The translations under genes were made by a program, and so were the position numbers. Shown piece after piece: positions 18,217-26,235 of a stretch of DNA of 41,996 bases. The notes beneath the pieces were generated by a model, which saw nothing but the letters and a program-made list of their open reading frames with translations, was not told the DNA's origin and did not search any database. How positions within the stretch are numbered: the stretch's first letter is position 1; every line of letters begins with the position of its first letter. Source of the stretch: an uncultured Ruaniaceae bacterium (GTDB taxonomy: Bacteria; Actinomycetota; Actinomycetes; Actinomycetales; Beutenbergiaceae); contig CAZMDO010000001.1 of the NCBI GenBank assembly GCA_964564445.1, forward strand, positions 1-41,996, given 5' to 3'.

Positions 18217-18268
18217 CTGACCATCCTCGCCCACCTGGGCGTGCTGCGCCCCACGAGCCGGGGCCGCC

Positions 18269-19585
18269 TCAGCGGTCGGCGTAGGCGGTCAGGGTGCCGG
18301 CGGCGAGCAGGAAGACCTGGTCACCGGTCGCGGCCAGGCCGTGCGGCACGCTGTCCAACGGCTGGGACCAGCGCAGCTGGCCGGTGCGGACGTCCACCCC
18401 GGCCAGATCGCCGGGCAGGAGCCGGAACAGCTCGCGGTCGATCATCGTCCCGGTGAGCACCACGTTGTGCTCGGTGCGCGTGCACGGGCAGCCGAACCGC
18501 TGCTCGGTGGGCAGCCGCCAGCGCTGCTGCCCGCTGAGCGCGTGGGCTCGTTGCAGCCAGAAGTCCGGCAGCGGACCCTGACCGTCCCACGGGTCCATCC
18601 CGATGCCGAGCACGTCCGCTCCGAGGGAGTACAGCGGCAGCGCGTCACCTTCCCGCAGCACGCTGCCGGTCTCCAGGTCGACCAGCCCCGCCAGCGAGAA
18701 GGCCGCGTGCGGATGGCCCGCCACCTCCAGCTCCTCGCCGCCCAGCGGCAGCAGCGGGCGCTCGGTAGGGTCATCGTCCGGGCTGGAGAACGTGGTGACT
18801 CCCATGTAGTTCACAACAGCCGTGCGAGGCACACCGGAGACGGCATCGGCGGCGAAGGCGAGCTCGACCTCGCCGTCAGCCTCGCCGGGGACGGTACGCA
18901 CGGTGACCACGCCCTGGTCCACCGTGATCCCGGTGAACCGCACCCCGGCTCCGAAGGGCAGCTCCGGTTCGAGGCGCCAGACCGGTTCGCCGCCGGCCGC
19001 CGGGATGCGTACCAGCCAGGGCTGCTGCTCGGTGGTGCCACCGGCCACCACCAGGTCGGTGCCGATCCGGGCGGCGACGGCGGCGTGCGGAAACGGTTCC
19101 TCGGTGGTGGTGCCGCTGGCGTCGACGGTCACCACCGCGGCGTCCTGGCCCGTGCCGGCCACGCAGACCAGCGTGTCGCCGTCGGGGGTGCAGGCGGGAT
19201 CGTCCAGAGGGGTCTGCCAGACCTGCTCGCCGGCGTCGGGGTCGAGCGCGCGCAGCCCGTCCGCCTCGGCCAGGACCAGGTACCCACCGAGGACCCAGAG
19301 GCCGGGAGCGCGGCCGGCGTCCACTGGGGCGCTCCACAGCGTGTCCGGCGGCCGGGCGTGCCGCGGCCCGCCCTGCGGGGAGACGGCCGCGCCGGCGACC
19401 ACCAGCAGCACCGCCAGGGCGACCACCGGCCACGGTGAGGTGCGCCATCCCGGTGAGCTCCGCCGTCGGCGATCGGGGCCGGAGGAACCGCCCGGGGTTT
19501 CGGTGCCCGCTGGACCGGCCGGTCCGGTGGCCTCAGCTGGGCTCGACGCACCGAGGGTGAACTCGTGCACCGGCTCCTTCGACAT
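18269..19585 (-). CDS. Membrane-anchored PQQ-like beta-propeller repeat protein (paralogue 3)
   Basis: MSKEPVHEFTL start, TM helix, ALDPDAGEQVWQ, LSGQQRWR, GVDVRTGQLRWS. Confidence 0.8.
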   Translation of the reverse strand: MSKEPVHEFTLGASSPAEATGPAGPAGTETPGGSSGPDRRRRSSPGWRTSPWPVVALAVLLVVAGAAVSPQGGPRHARPPDTLWSAPVDAGRAPGLWVLGGYLVLAEADGLRALDPDAGEQVWQTPLDDPACTPDGDTLVCVAGTGQDAAVVTVDASGTTTEEPFPHAAVAARIGTDLVVAGGTTEQQPWLVRIPAAGGEPVWRLEPELPFGAGVRFTGITVDQGVVTVRTVPGEADGEVELAFAADAVSGVPRTAVVNYMGVTTFSSPDDDPTERPLLPLGGEELEVAGHPHAAFSLAGLVDLETGSVLREGDALPLYSLGADVLGIGMDPWDGQGPLPDFWLQRAHALSGQQRWRLPTEQRFGCPCTRTEHNVVLTGTMIDRELFRLLPGDLAGVDVRTGQLRWSQPLDSVPHGLAATGDQVFLLAAGTLTAYADR

Positions 19586-19656
19586 CGCCTCCATCATGCC
19601 GCACCCACGCGGGCCCCACGCAGCCCCTGCCACCCCCACGCAGCCCCCGAACTACC

Positions 19657-19714
19657 CCGTGGGTGATATTCCGGTCGCGAGAACGCGCTCCGGCGACGCA
19701 GATGTCACCCACGG
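19657..19714. repeat. Long intergenic inverted repeat (REP-like hairpin)
   Basis: CCGTGGGTGATAT (19657-19669) pairs with ATGTCACCCACGG (19702-19714) at 12/13, with an inner GTCGC/GCGAC stem. Confidence 0.7.
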
Positions 19715-19762
19715 CAGGGTGCGGCGGTGGGCCACCCGCCGTGGGGTGGTCGCGCGGCGACC

Positions 19763-20650
19763 TCAGAGGTAGGGCTGCACCAGCGCCAGGTAGCGCTCGG
19801 CCATGGTGGCCACGGTCTGCTCGCCGGGGGCGTCCCAGATCTCCTGGTTGAAGATCTCCACCTCGACGTCCCTGGTGTAGCCGGCCTCGGCCACCCAGGT
19901 GGTGATCGTGGGGAAGTCCACGTAGCCGTCGCCCATGAACCCGCGGGAGAGCAGCGAGTCGGCGGCCAGCGGTAGGTTCCAGTCGCACACCTGGTAGGAG
20001 GCCAGGCGGCCCTCGGCGCCGGCGCGGCCGATCAGCTCGCGCAGCTTCGGGTCCCACCACACGTGGTAGGTGTCCACCACCACCCCGACCTGCTCGGCGG
20101 GGAAGCCGGCGGCCAGGTCCAGGCACTGCTCCAGGGTGGAGAGCACCGCCCGGTCGGCGGCGAAGATCGGGTGCAGCGGTTCGAGCACCAGCCGCACCCC
20201 GTGCTCGGCGGCGAACGGGGCCAGCTCGCCGACCCGGTCGGCCACCCGCTGCCGGGCGGCCACCAGGTCCCGGTCCCCGCCCGGGGTCGGCGGGCCGCTC
20301 GGGCCGCTGGCGGCGGGCAGACCGCCCACCACCATCACCAGCTCGCCGGTGCCCAGGGTCGCCGCCTCGACGATCGCGGCCTTGTTGTCGGCCAGCGCCT
20401 CGGCCTGCCCGGCCGGGTCGGCGGCGGTGAGGAAGCCGCCGCGGCACAGCGAGGAGACCCGCAGCCCGGAGGCCTGCACGATCCGGGCGGCCTCGGCCAG
20501 GCCGGCCTCTGCCACCCGGTCGCGCCACAGCCCGACGGCGCCGAGCCCGGCCCGGGCGGCCAGGTCCACCGCCTCGGTGAGGGTGAGGGCCTTGGTGGTG
20601 GCGGTGTTCAGGGACAGCCGGCTCAGGTCGCCGGAGGGGAAGTGCGTCAC
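19763..20650 (-). CDS. Sugar phosphate isomerase/epimerase (xylose-isomerase-like TIM barrel)
   Basis: LSLNTAT, VSSLCRGGF, metal ligands LEPLHP, VDTYHVWWD, QVCDW, RGFMGDGYVDF, EVEIFN. Confidence 0.88.
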   Translation of the reverse strand: MTHFPSGDLSRLSLNTATTKALTLTEAVDLAARAGLGAVGLWRDRVAEAGLAEAARIVQASGLRVSSLCRGGFLTAADPAGQAEALADNKAAIVEAATLGTGELVMVVGGLPAASGPSGPPTPGGDRDLVAARQRVADRVGELAPFAAEHGVRLVLEPLHPIFAADRAVLSTLEQCLDLAAGFPAEQVGVVVDTYHVWWDPKLRELIGRAGAEGRLASYQVCDWNLPLAADSLLSRGFMGDGYVDFPTITTWVAEAGYTRDVEVEIFNQEIWDAPGEQTVATMAERYLALVQPYL

Positions 20651-20672
20651 AGTGGATCCTTGGTGGGCTGGC

Positions 20673-21836
20673 TCAGAGGGCGATCGGCTCGAGCTCGACC
20701 CTGCGGCCCTCGGCGGAGGAGGCCAGGCCCGCCTCCGCCAGCTGCACCCCGCGGGCGGCCGACAGCAGGTCGTAGCGGTGCTCCCGGCCGGCGAGCACGT
20801 CGCGCAGGAACTCCTCCCACTGCGCCTTGAAGCCGTTGTCCTCCTCGGCGTTGGCCGGCACCTCCAGCCACTGGTCCCGGAACGGCTCGGTGGCCGGCAG
20901 GTCCGGGTTCCAGACCGGCTTCGGGGTGTGCGCGCGCTGCTGGGCCACGCACTCGCGCAAACCCGCCACCGCGGACCCGTGCGTGCCGTCCACCTGGAAC
21001 TCCACCAGCTCGTCCCGGTGCACGCGCACCGCCCAGGAGGAGTTGATCTGGGCGATGATCTCTTCCCCGCTGGGCCCGGCGACCTCGAAGATCCCGTAGG
21101 CGGCGTCGTCGGCGGTGGCCGCGTACTCGTTGCCCTGCTCGTCCCAACGGGTAGGGATGTGGGTGATGGTCTTGGCGGTCACGGACTTCACCGAGCCGAG
21201 GATGCCCTCGAGCACGTAGTTCCAGTGGCAGAACATGTCCGTGGTCATGCCGCCGCCGTCCTCCTTGCGGTAGTTCCAGCTCGGGCGCTGGGCCGCCTGG
21301 TGCTCGCCCTCGAACACCCAGTAGCCGAACTCCCCGCGCAGGGAGAGGATGCGGCCGAAGAACCCCTCGTCCACCAGCCGGCGGAGCTTAACCAGACCCG
21401 GCAGGTAGAGCTTGTCGTGCACCACGCCGGCGGTCACCCCGGTCTCCTTGCGCAGCCGGGCCAGCTCGATCGCCTCGGTGAGGGTCTCGGCGGTGGGCTT
21501 CTCGGTGAAGATGTGCTTGCCGGCCTTCATCGCCTTGGTCAGGGTGCCGGCGCGCAGGCTGGTCATCGAGGCGTCGAAGACGATGTCGGTACGGGGGTCG
21601 GTGATGATCGCGTCCAGGTCGGTCGTCCACTCGGCCACGCCGTGCTCGGCGGCGATCTCGGCGAGGGCGTTCTCGCGGCGACCGACCAGGATGGGCTCCA
21701 CCTGCACCTTGTCGCCGCTGGCGAGGGTGATCCCGCCCTGGTCACGGATCGGCAGGATCGACCGGAGCAGGTGCTGGCGGTACCCCATCCGGCCGGTGAT
21801 GCCGTTCATCGCGATGCGCAGGGTGCGGGTGGTCAT
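20673..21836 (-). CDS. Gfo/Idh/MocA family oxidoreductase
   Basis: RIAMNGITGRMGYRQHL, KHIFTEKP, HDKLYLPG, RGEFGYWVFEG, RPSWNYR, DMFCHW; RBS CAGGAG. Confidence 0.9.
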   Translation of the reverse strand: MTTRTLRIAMNGITGRMGYRQHLLRSILPIRDQGGITLASGDKVQVEPILVGRRENALAEIAAEHGVAEWTTDLDAIITDPRTDIVFDASMTSLRAGTLTKAMKAGKHIFTEKPTAETLTEAIELARLRKETGVTAGVVHDKLYLPGLVKLRRLVDEGFFGRILSLRGEFGYWVFEGEHQAAQRPSWNYRKEDGGGMTTDMFCHWNYVLEGILGSVKSVTAKTITHIPTRWDEQGNEYAATADDAAYGIFEVAGPSGEEIIAQINSSWAVRVHRDELVEFQVDGTHGSAVAGLRECVAQQRAHTPKPVWNPDLPATEPFRDQWLEVPANAEEDNGFKAQWEEFLRDVLAGREHRYDLLSAARGVQLAEAGLASSAEGRRVELEPIAL

Positions 21837-21968
21837 GGAGCGCTCCTGGGGTGGTCGGTGGTGTCAGGACTGGTGCTGCGGGTGTCGGACCGCCGGGTCC
21901 GGCGGGCCGAGGTCGGCGCTCTAGCCGACGCTGCCGGCGACCGCTGGGCATGGCGGGCCAGTCCGTTC

Positions 21969-22014
21969 GGAATGCGCTTTCCCAAGGTTAGGACGGTGAG
22001 GAGCGCTGCGTCAA
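21969..22014 (-). promoter_or_regulatory. Promoter and LacI-type operator of the Gfo/epimerase operon
   Basis: Minus strand TTGACG(22014-22009)-N18-TAACCT(21990-21985), followed by GGAAAGCGCATTCC (21982-21969). Confidence 0.8.
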
Positions 22015-22100
22015 GGAGGCGACGAGACTCACGGACCGCGCTGGTGCTGACCCAGCCCGTTGCCGATCGGCCGGGAGGTGGTGCTGCGGGCCCCGGCTGT

Positions 22101-22356
22101 CCTGGGTTCGAGATGCGGGAGAGCGGGTTCAACGCAAGCGCCTTGGACTATGCCCGTTTTGGCCTGCTCCTGAGTTGGCTCATTCGGTTAGTGCGTGACT
22201 TTTCTGCCGTGGATCGCGTCGAGGATGGCCTGCTGTTCGGCGGGGATGGAGGCCGACGCGGTCATCGTGCGCACCGGCAGCGACTGGGGCACCGACAACC
22301 CGCACTGGCTGGCCCTGTTCCGGGGCGTGATCGATCAGCTGGGGGCAGTGTCGTGA
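22101..22356 (+). pseudogene. Remnant of a beta-lactamase-fold serine hydrolase gene
   Basis: 22101-22169 reads PGFEMRESGFNASALDYARFGLL and 22249-22356 reads EADAVIVRTGSDWGTDNPHWLALFRGVIDQLGAVS*; both resemble C-terminal-half segments of serine hydrolases; no intact 5' part. Confidence 0.55.
22169..22247 (-). mobile_element. Right-end fragment of an insertion sequence (probably IS1634 family)
   Basis: Minus strand encodes IPAEQQAILDAIHGRKVTH* (stop 22190-22188) followed by ...TGAGCCAACTCAGG; resembles, from recollection, the transposase C-terminus and terminal repeat of actinobacterial IS1634-family elements. Confidence 0.5.
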
Positions 22357-22468
22357 GTGCGGGTGGTTCGGTGGCGACCGGCGCCCGCCGGTTTGGCAGC
22401 CGGCACGCCCAGGCGTAAGCCGGGAGCCCTACATCACGAATGGATGGACCCAGCGCGTCAGGGGCACC

Positions 22469-22858
22469 TCAGGGAGCCGTAGGCCCGATTTCCGATGTCC
22501 GAAGCCGGCTGCCGCGAACGATGAGGCCCACACTCACGAGTGCAACAATTATTGATGCAACTGAGGAGGCTACCGCAACCGATTCTGCATACTCATAGCA
22601 ACCTTCCGCGTCCGCGCCGCGCGGGGTCGGCATCTCAGCCGGCACGACATAGCAGGATATGATCTCCGGCCCGGAGGCATCCCTCAAGTTTTCAGTACTG
22701 CCCGGGAGTAGTGCCCAAATGCATAGCAGTGCAAGCGCGAGAATGCCGCACGCGCCAATGACTAGACCGCGGATCCTGTGGGTGGACGTCAGCAATGCGA
22801 CCGATGTTGCTACCGCAACGCTGAGTGCGCACAGCGCGAATACCCATAGCAGGGCCAT
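22469..22858 (-). CDS. Small 3-TM membrane protein, low GC, unknown function
   Basis: Three hydrophobic helices; loop with two Cys (SCYVVP...EGCYEYA); starts 2 nt after the amidase stop; atypical codon usage. Confidence 0.65.
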   Translation of the reverse strand: MALLWVFALCALSVAVATSVALLTSTHRIRGLVIGACGILALALLCIWALLPGSTENLRDASGPEIISCYVVPAEMPTPRGADAEGCYEYAESVAVASSVASIIVALVSVGLIVRGSRLRTSEIGPTAP

Positions 22859-22860
22859 CG

Positions 22861-23967
22861 CTAGCCTGTCAGAGTCTTGCCGTACCAGACGTAGTCATGT
22901 TTCCCCTGACTTTCTGCGTTCGCGATGGACTGACTTAGGGGTATGCCTCCGCGATTTGGGCTCTTTTGACAAATAATTGGTTCAAATCCTGGCCCATATT
23001 CGCGTTCACCCCCAAAAGCAACGAACATCACATGATCTACCGTCCCGTCGGCCGTATCGTTCGGATACCAGTCGGCGTAGAGAAGGTCGCCAGTGCCAGC
23101 GTTCCAGATGTTGTCAAGGTAGCCGTACTGGTTGCCGTCGTTGCTGACGAAGGCAATCTGATATTGCGACGAGGACCATGTCCTCGAGGCCCCCGCAGGG
23201 CCCGTGAGATTTGGCGTCCAGTTCAGCGTGTCATACGGGTTCACGCCGCCCTTGTATTCCCATCCGCCTGCGTGTAGTATTTGTGATACAAAGTTCGCGC
23301 AATTATTATCGTATATTGGGTAATCCGGGTTCATTGCATTAGCGTTGGCTGAGCTCGTCCAGTTCATTGCGTAAGACCGCATACTCGCAACAGACGGGAA
23401 GGGCTGGGAAAGGGTGGTAAACCCCGATGCGTCGATGAGGCTGGACTCGCTGGGCCTGTGGCTCTTCGAAGTCGAGAGTTCTGGCCCTTCGACTAGGTCG
23501 CTTGCGGGTTGGAATATTTCATCAGACACGGTAGTGCCATCTTGGTCGAATCTTATGAGGTGGCGATCTGTCGACGTTCCCGAAGGGAGATCGGCGAGCC
23601 TGCCACCCCACGTGTAAGAAGTGGTGATATCTGCGAGGCACGTGTGGTCAAGGCCGCCTATGCCTGTGGTGATCGAGGCAATCCTGAACCTACTGCTTGC
23701 GGTGATGATGGGCGCGTCGGTTGAACGCATTCTTTCTCGAACGAACTGGATTCGCTGGACGGTCTCGTTGGGCAGTGTCGAGCGGGCCGCCTGCGTCGCA
23801 CGTGATGTAGCCGGTCCGACCTGCACAGCGTCTATGGATCGTACGTATTGCTTCATGGCGTCATGGACTGAGTCCCGACTTCGGGCAGCCGCAGGAGTTG
23901 CTCCTACGACGACAGCAGCAGTGGCCCCGGCTAGAGCGAACACCCTACGTCGACTAATAACTTTCAC
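22861..23967 (-). CDS. Tat-secreted amidase domain protein (Amidase_6-like, papain-type Cys/His)
   Basis: SRRRVF twin-arginine signal and AAA cleavage site; YAMNW..NPDYPIYDNNCANFVSQILHAGG, GDLLYADW, DHVMFV; RBS GAGAGGGGA before GTG 23967; AT-rich relative to flanks. Confidence 0.8.
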   Translation of the reverse strand: MKVISRRRVFALAGATAAVVVGATPAAARSRDSVHDAMKQYVRSIDAVQVGPATSRATQAARSTLPNETVQRIQFVRERMRSTDAPIITASSRFRIASITTGIGGLDHTCLADITTSYTWGGRLADLPSGTSTDRHLIRFDQDGTTVSDEIFQPASDLVEGPELSTSKSHRPSESSLIDASGFTTLSQPFPSVASMRSYAMNWTSSANANAMNPDYPIYDNNCANFVSQILHAGGWEYKGGVNPYDTLNWTPNLTGPAGASRTWSSSQYQIAFVSNDGNQYGYLDNIWNAGTGDLLYADWYPNDTADGTVDHVMFVAFGGEREYGPGFEPIICQKSPNRGGIPLSQSIANAESQGKHDYVWYGKTLTG

Positions 23968-24063
23968 AAATAGCCATCCCCTCTCGTACCACAACGTCCT
24001 CAAGGCGACGCTACACCCTTCGGCTCAGCGGGTCAGACGAATGAGGGTCGCTGCAACCGGCAG

Positions 24064-25095
24064 TCAGGGCAAATGCGGGGTGGAGTCGCGCAGCACGACC
24101 TCCACCGGCACGCGCTCGATCCGCGGCTCCGACCCCGCGGGCTCCAGCGCGAGCCGGGTGGCCAGCCGGCCCACCTCCGGCAGCGGCACCGCCACCGTGG
24201 ACAGCCCCGGCGTGACGTCCCGCAGGGTGTGGATGTCGTCGAAGCCTGCCACGCCGATGTCGGTGCCCACGATCAGCCCGGCGTCGCGGGCGGCGGCCAT
24301 CGCGCCCATCGCCATCACGTCGTTCACGGCGAACACGGCCTGCACCGTCGGCCCGCGGTGCAGCAGCTCGGCCATGCCGGCATAACCGCCGTCCCGGGTG
24401 AACTCGCACTCCACCAGCGCCGCCTCCGGCACGTTCAGGCCCGCATCGGCCACCGCACCGGCGAACCCGGTGGTGCGCTCGGCACCGGTCAGGTGCGTGC
24501 CCGGGCCGGTGAGGATGGCGAAGTCCCGGTACCCGATCGCCACCAGCGCCCGGGCCAGGGCGGCCGCACCGCCGGTGTTGTCGATCGCGACCGTGTTCAC
24601 CGGCAGGATCGGCTGGGCGATCATCGCCACCGTGCCACCCCGGCTGGCGTAGGCCTCGAGGGCGGTGCGCAGCGCGTCGGTGGTCTCCGCATCGTCCTGG
24701 CGGCCACCGGCGATCACGATCGCCCGGGCCCGCTGGCTCTGCAGCATCTCCAGCAGCGCGGTCTCCCGCTCCGGCCGGTGCGCGGTGCTGGCCAGGGTGA
24801 CCATCAGCCCCTCCTCCTCGGCCGCGGCGGAGACCCCGGCGGCGATCGAGGAGAAGTACGGGTCGGCGATGTCGTGCACGATCAGCCCGAGCGTGGTGGT
24901 GCGCCCGCGGGCCATCGCCTGGGCGTTGGCGTCCGGGGAGTAGCCGAGCCGGGCGGCGGCCGCCAGCACCCGCTCGCCGAGCTCGGGGCGCACGGTGCGG
25001 TTGGCGCTGCCGTTGATCGCACGGGACGCGGTGGCCAGGGAGACCCCCGCCTCCCGGGCCACGTCGCTGAGGGTCACCGAAGGCATGACAGACAT
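24064..25095 (-). CDS. LacI family transcriptional regulator
   Basis: VTLSDVAREAGVSLATASRAING HTH, LGYSPDANAQAMARG hinge, IADPYF, VFAVNDVMAMGA, VAGFDDI, VVLRDST; alternative starts at GTG 25110 or ATG 25086. Confidence 0.93.
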   Translation of the reverse strand: MSVMPSVTLSDVAREAGVSLATASRAINGSANRTVRPELGERVLAAAARLGYSPDANAQAMARGRTTTLGLIVHDIADPYFSSIAAGVSAAAEEEGLMVTLASTAHRPERETALLEMLQSQRARAIVIAGGRQDDAETTDALRTALEAYASRGGTVAMIAQPILPVNTVAIDNTGGAAALARALVAIGYRDFAILTGPGTHLTGAERTTGFAGAVADAGLNVPEAALVECEFTRDGGYAGMAELLHRGPTVQAVFAVNDVMAMGAMAAARDAGLIVGTDIGVAGFDDIHTLRDVTPGLSTVAVPLPEVGRLATRLALEPAGSEPRIERVPVEVVLRDSTPHLP

Positions 25096-25110
25096 GGTAA
25101 GCGTTTTCAC
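25095..25110 (-). promoter_or_regulatory. Possible autoregulatory LacI operator
   Basis: GGTAAGCGTTTTCA (25096-25109) matches GGAAAGCGCTTTCC at 11/14 and sits directly before the lacI start. Confidence 0.55.
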
Positions 25111-26195
25111 CCCTGGAACGGGCCGCCATCGAGCAATGACTCGATCTGCGCGCGGTACGGCGCCGGGTCCAGCCCCTGGGCGGCCACCCAGGCGTCGTCG
25201 TAGTAGGTGGTCGCGTACAGCTCGCCCGGGTCGCACAGCAGCGTGACGATCGAGCCGGTCTCGCCGCGCTCGCGCATCCCCGCCACCAGGGACCACACCC
25301 CCCACAGGCAGGTGCCGGTCGAGCCGCCGGCGCGCCGCCGGTAGACCTCGGCCAGGTGCCGCATGGCGGCGATGCTCGCGGCGTCCGGGACGGCCAGCAT
25401 GTCGTCGATCACGCTGGGCACGAAGCTGGCCTCCATCCGCGGCCGGCCGATCCCCTCGATCCGCGAGGGCATCCCCGTGGTGTAGTCGCTCACGCCCGCC
25501 TGCCAGCCCGGGTAGTAGGCCGAGTTCTCCGGGTCCACCACCAGCAGCCGGGTCTGGTGCCGGCGGTATCTGATGAACCGGCCGATCGTGCAGGAGGTGC
25601 CGCCGGTGCCCGCCGCGGCCACGATCCAGGTCGGCACCGGGTACCGCTCGGCCTCCATCTGGTTGAAGATCGACTCGGCGATGTTGTTGTTCCCGCGCCA
25701 GTCGGTGGCCCGCTCGGCGTAGGTGAACTGGTCCAGGTAGTGCCCACCGGTCTCGGCGGCGATCCGCTCGGCCTCGGGGTAGATGTCCGGCGGGGTGTCC
25801 ACGAAGTGGCACCGGCCACCGTAGGCCTCGATGCGCGCGATCTTCTCCGGGGAGGTGCTGCGCGGCATCACCGCCACGTACGGCAGGTCGAGCATCCGGG
25901 CGAAGTAGGCCTCGGCCACGGCGGTGTTCCCGCTGGTCGCCTCCACCACCGTGGACCCCTCGCGCAACCAGCCGTTGGCGAGTGCGTAGAGGAACAGGGA
26001 CCGGGCCAGGCGGTGCTTCAGGCTCCCGGTCGGGTGCACCGACTCGTCCTTGAGGTACACGTCGATGCCCCACTCGGCCGGCAGCGGCAGCTGGTGCAGG
26101 TGGGTGTCGGCCGAGCGGTGCGCATCGGCCTGCACGCGCCGGATCGCTTCCGCCTGCCAGCTCCGGTCGGTCGCTGTGGGTCGCCTGCTCGCCAT
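25107..26195 (-). CDS. PLP-dependent cysteine synthase family protein (Cds1/cysteine desulfhydrase-like subfamily)
   Basis: [24 protein letters not shown] (PLP lysine), [47 protein letters not shown]. Confidence 0.85.
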   Translation of the reverse strand: MASRRPTATDRSWQAEAIRRVQADAHRSADTHLHQLPLPAEWGIDVYLKDESVHPTGSLKHRLARSLFLYALANGWLREGSTVVEATSGNTAVAEAYFARMLDLPYVAVMPRSTSPEKIARIEAYGGRCHFVDTPPDIYPEAERIAAETGGHYLDQFTYAERATDWRGNNNIAESIFNQMEAERYPVPTWIVAAAGTGGTSCTIGRFIRYRRHQTRLLVVDPENSAYYPGWQAGVSDYTTGMPSRIEGIGRPRMEASFVPSVIDDMLAVPDAASIAAMRHLAEVYRRRAGGSTGTCLWGVWSLVAGMRERGETGSIVTLLCDPGELYATTYYDDAWVAAQGLDPAPYRAQIESLLDGGPFQG

Positions 26196-26235
26196 GGCGC
26201 CAGTCTTGCAGGTCGGTGCCGGGGACCCGGTGGTT

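Noticed and set aside
15481-18456. 991-aa plus-strand ORF
   Set aside because: Shadow of the propeller genes on the opposite strand.
20070-22418. 782-aa plus-strand ORF
   Set aside because: Mostly antisense to the epimerase and Gfo genes; only the 22101-22169 segment looks like real decayed coding sequence.
22451-24036. CAGCGCGTCAG / CAGCGGGTCAG as att sites of the low-GC islet
   Set aside because: Only 10/11 identity in GC-rich DNA, with no integrase or tRNA nearby; not distinguishable from chance.
24064-26073. Apparent 669-aa extended LacI
   Set aside because: The N-terminal half is an alternative frame of the cysteine-synthase-family gene; the LacI HTH begins near 25086.
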